Origin: an uncultured archaeon
GTDB lineage: Archaea; Asgardarchaeota; Thorarchaeia; Thorarchaeales; Thorarchaeaceae
Direction of reading: 5' to 3'
Assembly (NCBI GenBank): GCA_964648855.1
Contig: CAZYLT010000001.1
Coordinates: 1 to 32,000, forward strand
DNA length: 32,000 nucleotides
Part shown: positions 9,029-18,332 of the stretch, piece by piece
Position numbering within the stretch: the stretch's first letter is position 1
Layout of the letters: the number at the start of each line of letters is the position of its first letter
Notes under the pieces: model-generated
The model's input: the letters and a program-made list of their open reading frames with translations, nothing else
What the model was told of the DNA's origin: nothing
Databases searched by the model: none
Translations under genes and position numbers: made by a program

Positions 9029-9859
9029 TCAGATTTCTTTGTATTCTACACATGGGTCCTCGATGCCCTTCTTGATGTTATAGTCAATTATCCGACCCAT
9101 TAAGCCAGAGTCTAAAATGCATGAGATTGCATCTTCTGGGCAGTTTATTTCGCAAGACAAACAAAGAATGCAATCATGACCCCATTTTGGGATTCCATCG
9201 TCATCAAGAAGGATGTTTTTGGTCGGGCATACACTGACACATTTGCCACAACTTATGCAGGCTTCTTCATCAACAGAAAAAGTTCTGCTAAGCAGATTGT
9301 TGGTCACCCATCTCTTGGAAGCAAGTCTTTCAAGCCTATACATTCTAGGAGCTTTGGGGTCCGATTCTTGTACTGCTACCTCATCCTCGTGGTATCTATA
9401 AATCAAGGAATTGGCGAATTCTGATACTTCGTCCAGCTCGGCTTCGGTTGGATTTTCAGGACAAAAAAGAATTCCTTTTCTTGTATACCCAGGGAAGTGA
9501 TTGGCACCCCTTATTTTCACATAGCCTATGTCACGGCCTCCGTTCTGTGTTAATCGCTCTCTGATATCGTTGCCTGTGTCTCCGACATGAAGGCTATACA
9601 AAGCAAAAACAAAGAACGCTCGGCCTTCTAGTGAAGAAATTTCGTCAACAAATTCTGTAACAAGAGCAGGAGGCCGGAAGAAAAATGTTGGTGTCCCAAT
9701 GCCTATGACATCAAAGTGCTCAACCGGTGGACACGAGTCCTCCAACATGTTGACCATATTAACTGACCAACCCTGTTCTCCCAAACCTTCCGATAATAAG
9801 TTAGCAACTTTCGCCGTTGAGCCCATCTGAGAGAAGTAAACAATTAAGCAATTAACCAT
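9029..9859 (-). CDS. EFR1-family flavodoxin-ferredoxin fusion
   Basis: N-terminal IVYFSQMGST and IGTPTF flavodoxin motifs; C-terminal CISCGKCVSVCP and CILCLSCEINCP 4Fe-4S motifs. Confidence 0.88.
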   Translation of the reverse strand: MVNCLIVYFSQMGSTAKVANLLSEGLGEQGWSVNMVNMLEDSCPPVEHFDVIGIGTPTFFFRPPALVTEFVDEISSLEGRAFFVFALYSLHVGDTGNDIRERLTQNGGRDIGYVKIRGANHFPGYTRKGILFCPENPTEAELDEVSEFANSLIYRYHEDEVAVQESDPKAPRMYRLERLASKRWVTNNLLSRTFSVDEEACISCGKCVSVCPTKNILLDDDGIPKWGHDCILCLSCEINCPEDAISCILDSGLMGRIIDYNIKKGIEDPCVEYKEI

Positions 9860-10150
9860 TCTATATGCCCCGGAGGTATTTGTGGATGGAGTGATGTACG
9901 TTAACTGTTGTCATTTAGGCTTTCAAGGAATCTTGGCGCGTCCCATTTTGTGCATATTCTCTATCTATATCAGTTTTTGAAAAAGCATCGTAGTTTGTAT
10001 CAACTGGGAAAAGATGAAATACCCGCATTTAGAAAAACTGGAGTGGATACAGGTAAGTGTTCCATTGATGAATCATGGACAACTCTGGCATAAGTTCATT
10101 TATTTGCACCAATGCATGATTCACCATCCACAAGCTGAGAGGTAGATAAT

Positions 10151-13096
10151 GTGACATCACAGACTGCAGAAACTGCAGATGACACTGATAGAAGCTTTCA
10201 TGCCATGTCTGCTCATGATGTTGTTAGTTCTCTAGGATCGAACTCAGAACGAGGTCTCTCAAGCGGTGAAGCAAAGAATAGATTGGCATTCCACGGGCTA
10301 AATACAATCAAGAAGGTGAAGGGCTCCTTTTGGAAAGTCTATCTCGCTCCAATATTGAATTGGCTGATCAACATCTACCTCGTTAGTTCATTCGCTCTTT
10401 TGATTCTTGCATACTTTTTCCAATCTAGTGAAAACCAGATTGGTCAAGCTCTTCTATGGCTAGGTGTGGTGACCGTCAATTGTTTCGTCGCAATCTTCCA
10501 GCAGTTTCGAGCTCAGAAAAAGCTTGAAGCATTGGAGAAGCTATCAGCCGGTGAAGCTCGAGTAGTACGTGATGGTGCTCAGCTCAATCTGCCCCCAGAG
10601 GAGATTGTCCCAGGGGACATTATGATACTCGAACAAGGAGATAAAATTCCAGCTGACTCGAGGATTCTAAACGAGAATAATCTGACAGTGAATGAAGCCT
10701 CTCTGACTGGAGAAAGTGTTCCAGTTGACAAGAATGCCTCGGTTATTGTTGAGAAAGATGCCCCACTAACAGATAGAAAGAATATGACCTTCTTCGGAAC
10801 ATATGTTGCAACTGGCACTGGAAGAGTCATTGCAACCGAAACTGGTTCTGGAACAGAGATTGGCAAGATTCAAGGGACTCTTGAGGAGCTCAATACGGGC
10901 GATATTCCGCTACGGAGTAAAATTAATCGGCTGGCAAAATACTTGGCAATCGCTGCGATATTTCTAATGATTCTCTCAGTCACATGGGCACTCATTTGGG
11001 GACCGCTTCTCACTGGTCAACCAATAATGCTTGATCCCATTACCATTGCGGACACGCTAACTTCAGGGATTACTAAGGCAATGACTATAATGCCCATCAA
11101 CATTCCCTTGTTGTCCACTATTGTACTTCTGACTGGTGTCTTGGCAATGGCAAAGATGGGAGTCATCATTAGAGACCTCTCAGCTGTCGAGAGCCTTGGA
11201 AGAGTCAGCCTAATCTGTTCTGACAAGACAGGAACCATGACAAGAAACCAGATGACGGTAAAATACATCTGGGATACTGAAAATCTGTATTCGGTGTCAG
11301 GCGCGGGTTACATCCCCGAGGGAGGAATTTACCGTGTCAAGGATGGAACGCCTCTGGATACATTCGAACCACAAGACGAGGTTAGAGTATCTGATGTGTT
11401 AGGATGGAAGAGTCTTCACAAGCTGCTGGTATGCGGCGGCATCAATAATGACTCCGAGATAATAACGAAGAAACTACCTGAGCAGGGTATCGTCCACATT
11501 CCCATGGGGGACCCAACGGATGCGGCTCTGCTTACTCTATTTAGAAAGAGTGGGTTAGCCGAGGACGAAATTGAGAAGAAATATCCAGTTATGATGGAGT
11601 TTCCTTTCGAGTCTAACCTAAAACGGATGTCAAAAATCTGTCGTGACGAAAATAGCTACATCGCATTTGTGAAAGGTGCCACAGAGATTTTGCTGCCTAG
11701 ATGTACCAAACGTGATGGTTCAAAGAAGCCCACCGAAATGAGCTCAGAAATGAGAGATAGAATAACGAAGATGACCACTGATTTTGCGACGAAGGGATAT
11801 CGTGTCATTTCCTTGGCTTATAAGAACATGAAGTCTATTCCGAGTAATCCCCATGCAAGAGAGAAAACAGAAACTGACTTGACCTATCTCGGGTTTGCAT
11901 GTATTGTTGATCCTCCCAGAGGAGGAGTAAAAGAAGCTGTGAATGCCTGCCATAGTGCTGGCATCAATGTGATAATGATAACAGGAGATGCCGCTGCCAC
12001 GGCTAAGACAATTGCCGCAGACCTGAATATACTCAAGCCCAATTCCCTTGCAATTGAAGGAAGCCAAATAGATGAAATATCGCCTGAAGACTTTCAGAAT
12101 GTCAATGTGTTTGCGCGGGTAAATCCAGAACACAAACAGGTGATTGTAGAGAGATACCAGGACCAGAAGAAAGTTGTAGCAATGACGGGAGACGGAGTTA
12201 ATGATGCCTTGGCATTAGCCATGAGTGACGCAGGCATTGCCATGGGGATAACAGGAACTGATGTGGCAAAAGAGGCTGCAGACCTAGTCATTACTGATGA
12301 CAGCTTTTCTTCTATTGTTACTGGTGTACATGAGGGTAGAGGACTCTTCAACAAGATCCGCATGATGGTCTACTTCTATGTTGCCATAAATCTGTTTGAG
12401 TCAATTGTATTCTTTGGAGGTATGTTCCTCTTGCCTGCGGGTTTCAATATGCTGACAGCTTGGCAGAGCCTCTATATTGTAGTTACTACTCATTCTTTCC
12501 CCGGACTCGCATTGGTCTTTGACAAGACATCTCCTAGAGCAATGGAGGAGAAACCACGAGACAGCGAGGAGATAATTACCAAGAATCTTGCGAAATTCAT
12601 GGGATTAAGCATTGTATTGATGACCATCGGAGCCGCTATCGTCTATGGACTCACATATTCTAATTGGGGTAGCATTATTCCACTATTTGCAGAAAATCAA
12701 GCAGGCTTCTATGCAGACTGGATTGACCCCCTTACCAATGAACCCTTTGCAATTACCAGCTCCGTCAAAGCCACCGTGATGCTACTCACTATTCTTCTCT
12801 TAGTTGAGAGCTCGATGGTTCTCGTAATAAGACGCATCAATCTTCCACTTATTGATGGAATCAGAGAACCAGGAATCTGGCGATATGCATTCCTTCTCGG
12901 ACTCATATACTTAGCACACTTGCTTCTGATGTATGTTCCAATAGCGCAGGCCATTTTGGCTCCCCTTGGACTGCATTTCTATTTCATTCCATTAACCACC
13001 TATGACTGGATTATCTGCATTTTGGCTGCAGCTCCAGCAATCATAGGAATGGAAATTTACAAGAAGTACCTGCGCATGAATAATGTCTCGCTATGA
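10151..13096 (+). CDS. P-type ATPase with a P2-like scaffold and atypical transport site
   Basis: PGD, PAD, TGES, CSDKTGT, GDPTD, KGA, DPPR, MITGD, MTGDGVNDA and about 10 TM segments. M4 reads PINIP. Confidence 0.95.
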   Translation: MTSQTAETADDTDRSFHAMSAHDVVSSLGSNSERGLSSGEAKNRLAFHGLNTIKKVKGSFWKVYLAPILNWLINIYLVSSFALLILAYFFQSSENQIGQALLWLGVVTVNCFVAIFQQFRAQKKLEALEKLSAGEARVVRDGAQLNLPPEEIVPGDIMILEQGDKIPADSRILNENNLTVNEASLTGESVPVDKNASVIVEKDAPLTDRKNMTFFGTYVATGTGRVIATETGSGTEIGKIQGTLEELNTGDIPLRSKINRLAKYLAIAAIFLMILSVTWALIWGPLLTGQPIMLDPITIADTLTSGITKAMTIMPINIPLLSTIVLLTGVLAMAKMGVIIRDLSAVESLGRVSLICSDKTGTMTRNQMTVKYIWDTENLYSVSGAGYIPEGGIYRVKDGTPLDTFEPQDEVRVSDVLGWKSLHKLLVCGGINNDSEIITKKLPEQGIVHIPMGDPTDAALLTLFRKSGLAEDEIEKKYPVMMEFPFESNLKRMSKICRDENSYIAFVKGATEILLPRCTKRDGSKKPTEMSSEMRDRITKMTTDFATKGYRVISLAYKNMKSIPSNPHAREKTETDLTYLGFACIVDPPRGGVKEAVNACHSAGINVIMITGDAAATAKTIAADLNILKPNSLAIEGSQIDEISPEDFQNVNVFARVNPEHKQVIVERYQDQKKVVAMTGDGVNDALALAMSDAGIAMGITGTDVAKEAADLVITDDSFSSIVTGVHEGRGLFNKIRMMVYFYVAINLFESIVFFGGMFLLPAGFNMLTAWQSLYIVVTTHSFPGLALVFDKTSPRAMEEKPRDSEEIITKNLAKFMGLSIVLMTIGAAIVYGLTYSNWGSIIPLFAENQAGFYADWIDPLTNEPFAITSSVKATVMLLTILLLVESSMVLVIRRINLPLIDGIREPGIWRYAFLLGLIYLAHLLLMYVPIAQAILAPLGLHFYFIPLTTYDWIICILAAAPAIIGMEIYKKYLRMNNVSL

Positions 13097-13238
13097 CCTA
13101 TGTGGAAGCGACCGTGAGCAAAGAATTTGTCAGTGTGAATCATCTTTCGCTTGCAATAGAATTGTATATACAGTAATGATTCCGCATGGGAACTACATAA
13201 ATAACATATCTGACTTCAATCGGATAGGCGATATACCC

Positions 13239-14096
13239 TTGGCTAGAATGACAACCCACAAAATTCGGTTGATGAAAGAGAAGGGCAAGAAAATCGTGAT
13301 GCTGACTGCATATGATGCCCCCACTGCCAAAATTGTCAGTGAATGTGGAGTGGACATGATATTAGTTGGAGACTCGGTTGGTAATTCACTGCTCGGATAT
13401 GAGAGCACCATCCCCGTGACATTGGAGGATGTCATTCATCATTGTGCAGCAGTTTCCAGAGCAAAGCCGGATAGTTTCATTGTTGGCGATATGCCATTTA
13501 TGTCATACAAAGTAAGTCCGGAGCAGGCTCTTGAAAATTGCGGGAAAATGCTTCAGAAGGGAGGCGCAGAAGCTGTCAAGATCGAGGGAGGGACTGACAG
13601 GGTTGTTGAGATAGTCCAGGCGGTAGTGGATGCGGGTATACCAGTAATGGGGCACATAGGACTGACACCGCAATCTATCTACGAACTTGGTGGCTATCGT
13701 GTCCAAGGAAGAACAAAGGAAACAACCGAGAGCCTCGTATCACAGGCTGTTGCGCTAGAAGAAGCAGGTACATTCTCACTTGTTATTGAACTTGTTCCGT
13801 CACTGACTGCAAAAATGGTCACTGAGTCCATCGATATTCCTACGATTGGGATTGGTGCAGGATCTCACTGCGATGGACAGGTCCTAGTCATTTGGGATAT
13901 GCTGGGTCTCTTCGACGAATTCAATCCCAAGTTTTTGAAGAAGTACGCCAATACTCGCAAAGTCATCAAGGATGCTGTGAATGAATACTCAAAAGAAGTT
14001 CGAGAAGGGTCCTTTCCAGACCCAGAACATAGTTTTGAAATGTCCGAAGAAGAGTCGGGAAGGCTATACGGCAGAAATAGGCCGAATGAGAAGTAG
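13239..14096 (+). CDS. panB: 3-methyl-2-oxobutanoate hydroxymethyltransferase
   Basis: MLTAYD, LVGDSVG, GDMPFMSY, VKIEGG, MGHIGLTPQ, IGIGAG, DGQVLV. Start is probably TTG 13239 or ATG 13248. Confidence 0.95.
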   Translation: MARMTTHKIRLMKEKGKKIVMLTAYDAPTAKIVSECGVDMILVGDSVGNSLLGYESTIPVTLEDVIHHCAAVSRAKPDSFIVGDMPFMSYKVSPEQALENCGKMLQKGGAEAVKIEGGTDRVVEIVQAVVDAGIPVMGHIGLTPQSIYELGGYRVQGRTKETTESLVSQAVALEEAGTFSLVIELVPSLTAKMVTESIDIPTIGIGAGSHCDGQVLVIWDMLGLFDEFNPKFLKKYANTRKVIKDAVNEYSKEVREGSFPDPEHSFEMSEEESGRLYGRNRPNEK

Positions 14097-14103
14097 AACG
14101 TGT

Positions 14104-14325
14104 CTACTCCTCGTCTTTCTTTACCTTTTCATTTAGTGCTTCTACAAGCTTGTCGGGGTCAATTCCGTGTGCTACAGCACCCTGTTCAACGTTTTCATAT
14201 TTGGCGACAGCGCAGCCATAGCAATGGAGACCCCACTCCATGAAAGTTCCTGCTGTTTCTGGCCACTTCATCACTACTTCAGCGATTGTCATGTCTTTTT
14301 TGATTGCTTGAGCCATTGTATTCAT
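14104..14325 (-). CDS. DUF1858 domain protein
   Basis: IKKDMTIAEVV...GLHCYGC...ENVEQGAVAHGID pattern. Confidence 0.85.
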   Translation of the reverse strand: MNTMAQAIKKDMTIAEVVMKWPETAGTFMEWGLHCYGCAVAKYENVEQGAVAHGIDPDKLVEALNEKVKKDEE

Positions 14326-14397
14326 CTCTCTATTAACTATGGTTAATGATTCTCACCCATACATCATAATTTTCCAAATATATACATTGCGTTAGAG

Positions 14398-15357
14398 CTA
14401 GTTGAAAGAATATTGGTCTCCGACACTCGAATAAACAGATACATTGCCTAAAGCGGAGCTGATGGACTGCTGGGCGCTCCAACCGGTGCAATGGGTTGCA
14501 GCTACGAAACCAGGCTGCAATTCTTTCAACTCATGAACAGTAGCTTCAATGATAGATTCGTTTTTTCTGGCCAGATGAAATCCGCCAATAATCCCAGCGA
14601 CTTTTTCTTCACCGGTAAGCTCCATGGCATATTTGACCATGTTCACAATGCCAGCATGGCTACAACCTGTCACAATAACAAGTCCATCTTTTGTTCTGGC
14701 AGCCACAAATTGATCTTCTATCAGGGATTCATCATGTTCCCACCTACCACCAATCATTGCGTGATGACCTGGAAAGCCAGTTTCGTAAGAGGTCCGTCTG
14801 GGTACTTCACCAGAGACTAGCAGTAAGTCATCATGAATTATTGCCCCCTGGCTCGAGTCCTTCAATAACCCCGCCTTCTCTCGTATCTCATGACGCGTTG
14901 GGACTGGGTCAAGCTCGCGAATTCTTACTTCGCCGTTCTCTTCTTTGTGAACAGACTTTGGTAGAAACATCCTAGGGTGAATGTATATCGGTATGCTATC
15001 CTGCTCCAGACTCTGTAATAGCCAAATCAACCCTCCGAAATGGTCCCAGTGCCCATGGGACAGGATAACAGAATCAACGGGTTGGAAGTCAATTGCTAGG
15101 GAGGATAGATTGTTTGACAACACTATGTCTGATGGGCCAGTATCATAGACAATAGTGTGTTTCAGTTCACCCTTTGCTATTTCAATTAATGCTGAAAATC
15201 CATGACCTGCAATCAAATAATGGGGATTAGCATCCGCCGAATCTGCCCATGAACCTGCTCTCTTAGCCCGAGGGTGAGAAGGATCCGAGATCCATCCAAT
15301 CTTGTTGTCAACAAGTAGAGTAACAACCACTTCATCCCCACATCTTAGACTCTTCAA
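14398..15357 (-). CDS. MBL-fold metallo-hydrolase (MJ0301-like subfamily)
   Basis: HGFSALI, YDTG, LSHGHWDHFGG, TGCSHAG, GGFHL, HCTG. Confidence 0.88.
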   Translation of the reverse strand: MKSLRCGDEVVVTLLVDNKIGWISDPSHPRAKRAGSWADSADANPHYLIAGHGFSALIEIAKGELKHTIVYDTGPSDIVLSNNLSSLAIDFQPVDSVILSHGHWDHFGGLIWLLQSLEQDSIPIYIHPRMFLPKSVHKEENGEVRIRELDPVPTRHEIREKAGLLKDSSQGAIIHDDLLLVSGEVPRRTSYETGFPGHHAMIGGRWEHDESLIEDQFVAARTKDGLVIVTGCSHAGIVNMVKYAMELTGEEKVAGIIGGFHLARKNESIIEATVHELKELQPGFVAATHCTGWSAQQSISSALGNVSVYSSVGDQYSFN

Positions 15358-15373
15358 ACGAGGACCCCACTAT

Positions 15374-15796
15374 CTATAGTACCATATGGTCGAGCCCCAT
15401 GTCCTTGAGAACCTGGGGGTAGACCTTGAAGAGAGGTTTGATTTTCGAAAGAAGTCCTAGAGCCTTTGCGATAGAACCATCCAACTTGACCTCTCCCTTT
15501 GCCATGGCAATAGTTGTATTCAGTTTTCCCTGCCAGAACTTGTTCGTCGTTTCAGAGGTGCTCCAGACAGCGATTTCTGGCTCAACATCAGAGTCAAAAC
15601 TGAGTTTACCCAGTTTGCCATCTTCTCCTTTCTCTTGGAAGTTAATGGTCACGTGCACTTCGGGTTGTTCAATATCAAATCTTACAATAATCCCGGACTT
15701 TGCCAGTTTCTCGTGTACCTGTTCCTGTTCCTTGGCACGAGGCCAAAAATTGCAAAATACCTCCTTCAACTGCTCGCTACTTTCATAGTAAGGCAT
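15374..15796 (-). CDS. SCP2 sterol/lipid-binding domain protein
   Basis: FWQGKLNTTIAMAKGEVKLDGSIAKALGL matches the SCP2 C-terminal signature. Confidence 0.8.
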   Translation of the reverse strand: MPYYESSEQLKEVFCNFWPRAKEQEQVHEKLAKSGIIVRFDIEQPEVHVTINFQEKGEDGKLGKLSFDSDVEPEIAVWSTSETTNKFWQGKLNTTIAMAKGEVKLDGSIAKALGLLSKIKPLFKVYPQVLKDMGLDHMVL

Positions 15797-15851
15797 AGTG
15801 AACTCACAGCACTGCAGATATCCTTACTATGATACAAACCTTTCGGGACTT

Positions 15852-17150
15852 TCACATAGCTAGAAGGTACTTATCAATCTCCCAATTCGTCACCTCAGTA
15901 GGCCCTGGATCGCCGGTTATACACACATAGTCTCGCCATTCATTCAATCGTGTAGTGACGATCCATTCTACCAGTTGCGTTCCTAGAGTCTGGCAAAGGA
16001 CTCTATCGCTTTCCAATTCGGAAATCGCAATACTGAGTGATGGGGGAAGCTGCCTACCGCCTTCTTTCGATTCGAATAAATCATCATCTCTAGGAGTAGG
16101 TGGCTCCAATTCTTGCATAATCCCATCAAGTCCTGCGGCCAATATGGCAGCTAGAGCAAGATGGGGGCTACAGGAGGAATCAGGGCATCGTAACTCGATT
16201 CTTGCATTCCTGTGAGTATTCATGTAATGTGGGATTCGAATCATGGTAGTCCTGTTTCTTGGACCCCAAGCAATCTGTGTCGGGGCTTCGAAACCAGGCC
16301 TGAGACGCTTGTAGGAGTTCACTGTTGGAGCTACCAATGCTGCAAGACCAGGAGCGTGCTTAAGTAAACCTGCTGCGAAATGTTCAGCAGTCTTCGAGAG
16401 ACTCCCGTTTTCTTCTGCAAACAAGTTCTTCACACCGTTTAGGGCCCATAGGCTCTGGTGAATGTGCAATCCACTTCCATTTTCGTGTGCAAATGGCTTC
16501 GGCATGAATGTAGCAATTAGTCCATCTCGGATTGCTCGCTCTACAATACTTGCACGCGCTATTAGAATTGCATCTGCGAGTTCCATCACATCACAGAATT
16601 TCAATCCAATCTCATGCTGACCCCTAGCAACTTCATGATGATGAACCGTGGTGTGCAACCCCATTCTTCCAAGCGTCATTGCAACATCTCTTCGAATGGA
16701 CAACCCTCTGTCTGATGGAGGAGTCGCGTAGTAGCCGCCAGAGTCTGCTGGGATTATTCCAGATTTGCCCATTTCTCTGACGAGAAAGAATTCAAGTTCA
16801 CCTCCTATCATAAACCTGAACCCCATATCTCTTGCCTTTGAAACAACGCGCTCCAAAACAGTTATTGTATCTAAAGGATGTGGAATTCCGTCGCTACCAT
16901 AGACTCTACATAGTGCTAAGGCCATGTCCTTGTCCCAAGTTTCATAGATTGGTTCATCCCTCAGCTTCAATACTAGATCGCTATTGTTCACCTTTGCATA
17001 GCCCTTCACTGAGGAGCCATCAAAGCATACCCCATGGTTAGATAGCTCATCTAACCTATCAGATGTAATCTCAACTGCCTTTGTTTCGCCAAGGGGTGTT
17101 GTGAATAGGAGCCGTAGAAACTCCGGGATTCTTCTATCCATGTTAGTCAC
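15852..17150 (-). CDS. glnA: Glutamine synthetase type I
   Basis: FDGSS, GELEFFL, HHEVARGQHEI, TFMPKP...GSGLHIHQS, NSYKRL.PGFEAP, NRT..IRIP, RIELRCPD. Confidence 0.9.
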   Translation of the reverse strand: MTNMDRRIPEFLRLLFTTPLGETKAVEITSDRLDELSNHGVCFDGSSVKGYAKVNNSDLVLKLRDEPIYETWDKDMALALCRVYGSDGIPHPLDTITVLERVVSKARDMGFRFMIGGELEFFLVREMGKSGIIPADSGGYYATPPSDRGLSIRRDVAMTLGRMGLHTTVHHHEVARGQHEIGLKFCDVMELADAILIARASIVERAIRDGLIATFMPKPFAHENGSGLHIHQSLWALNGVKNLFAEENGSLSKTAEHFAAGLLKHAPGLAALVAPTVNSYKRLRPGFEAPTQIAWGPRNRTTMIRIPHYMNTHRNARIELRCPDSSCSPHLALAAILAAGLDGIMQELEPPTPRDDDLFESKEGGRQLPPSLSIAISELESDRVLCQTLGTQLVEWIVTTRLNEWRDYVCITGDPGPTEVTNWEIDKYLLAM

Positions 17151-17198
17151 TTCATTCTAATATTGCAGTGTCAATGAAGATGTATTCAAAAGATTATC

Positions 17199-17232
17199 CC
17201 GAAAAAAAGCGAATGTTTTTCAGTTTATTCGG
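17199..17232. promoter_or_regulatory. Candidate Lrp operator in the divergent glnA/lrp promoter
   Basis: Imperfect nested inverted repeats CCGAAAAAA...TTTTTC...TTTATTCGG in the short intergenic region. Confidence 0.3.
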
Positions 17233-17245
17233 CACTATGGCTATT

Positions 17246-17743
17246 ATGACTGAAAAATTTTCATATGATTTGGATGATGATGATAAGCAAATTCTCCAAC
17301 TCATCCAAAATGATGCGAAGATGAGCATGAAGGAGATTTCCGAGCGTGTGGGAAAAGGGATTTCAACAGTACATTCACGAATTAAGCAGATGGAAAAGGA
17401 GGATATCATTCAGGGATATACTGCCTCCGTAAATCCAGATGCAGTCAATCGACCAGTCTTAGGTTTCATTCTCATCACTGTCCGCTATAGAGCCCCAGGA
17501 GAAAAGAGCGTCTTATCGCAAAGGCAGTTTTGTCAGGACATAGCAAAACATCCCTTCGTAATGGGAGTTCATGTGCTAAGCGGTGAATATGATGTAATCC
17601 TCAAAGTGAGAACTTCATCTATCAGAGAGATGAACGAGTTTATCGTTGATTTTCTTCGGGAAATTCCAGCAGTTGACAAAACATTGACAATGTTTGTGAT
17701 GGATACGTACAAGGACAGCCTGAGAGTTGAGGATATCCGATAA
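17246..17743 (+). CDS. Lrp/AsnC family transcriptional regulator
   Basis: LDDDDKQILQLIQNDAKMS..EIS..VG..ISTVHSRIKQME...IIQGY HTH and a RAM domain (LSGEYDVILKV). Start is 17237 or 17246. Confidence 0.92.
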   Translation: MTEKFSYDLDDDDKQILQLIQNDAKMSMKEISERVGKGISTVHSRIKQMEKEDIIQGYTASVNPDAVNRPVLGFILITVRYRAPGEKSVLSQRQFCQDIAKHPFVMGVHVLSGEYDVILKVRTSSIREMNEFIVDFLREIPAVDKTLTMFVMDTYKDSLRVEDIR

Positions 17744-17746
17744 GAA

Positions 17747-18151
17747 TTGGAAAAATATCAGGTGCTTCTAATTCCGTCCAGAAGAAAGTATGATAAATGG
17801 ATGCAGAGGACGTTTTGCTTGTTCAAGAAACAGAAGTACATCCGGCAGCTCAGCCTATTCCTATGCGCCATATGGGGGATGGTTGAAGCAGGCTTCAAGC
17901 TAAATCAAGTCCCCTTCGATGCAACTTTTTCATACGACCTATGGCTTCTGAGGTTAGTTATGGCTGCAATTGTTGTCCCCTTCCTCTTCTACGCGCCCAG
18001 TTTGGAGATTCAGTTGCGTCGAGCCTTTGATAGCGGGCAGGAGATTGTGGACCGAATTCTGATAGAGGAGTCCAGCTATCGTCTTGGACCCGCCGCTAGA
18101 CCCATTAGTTACAGCAATAATCTTGGGCAGCGTGACGAGTCGTTTTCGTAG
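17747..18151 (+). CDS. Possible small membrane protein
   Basis: ORF with two hydrophobic stretches filling the gap after lrp. No recognised motif and start uncertain. Confidence 0.35.
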   Translation: MEKYQVLLIPSRRKYDKWMQRTFCLFKKQKYIRQLSLFLCAIWGMVEAGFKLNQVPFDATFSYDLWLLRLVMAAIVVPFLFYAPSLEIQLRRAFDSGQEIVDRILIEESSYRLGPAARPISYSNNLGQRDESFS

Positions 18152-18332
18152 GGTTGCACATCCCCCCTTAGAATCCAAGGAAGTGCACATGATGTGTTCC
18201 ACCAATTTGGAGAATGTTTGAGTTATGGGATGCAAATTACCGGAAGGCTTTATAGAGACCACAAACCATCCCAGTTTCACCAAGGTTAGAAAGTAGAAAT
18301 CTTGGAAATTTCAGAAGGAGGAAGTACTTCCC

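Noticed and set aside
13083-13238. N-terminal extensions given by the ORF track for panB (and similarly 5744, 17168, 19468, 20604, 21103, 22784)
   Set aside because: Homology motifs and RBS positions favour the downstream starts.
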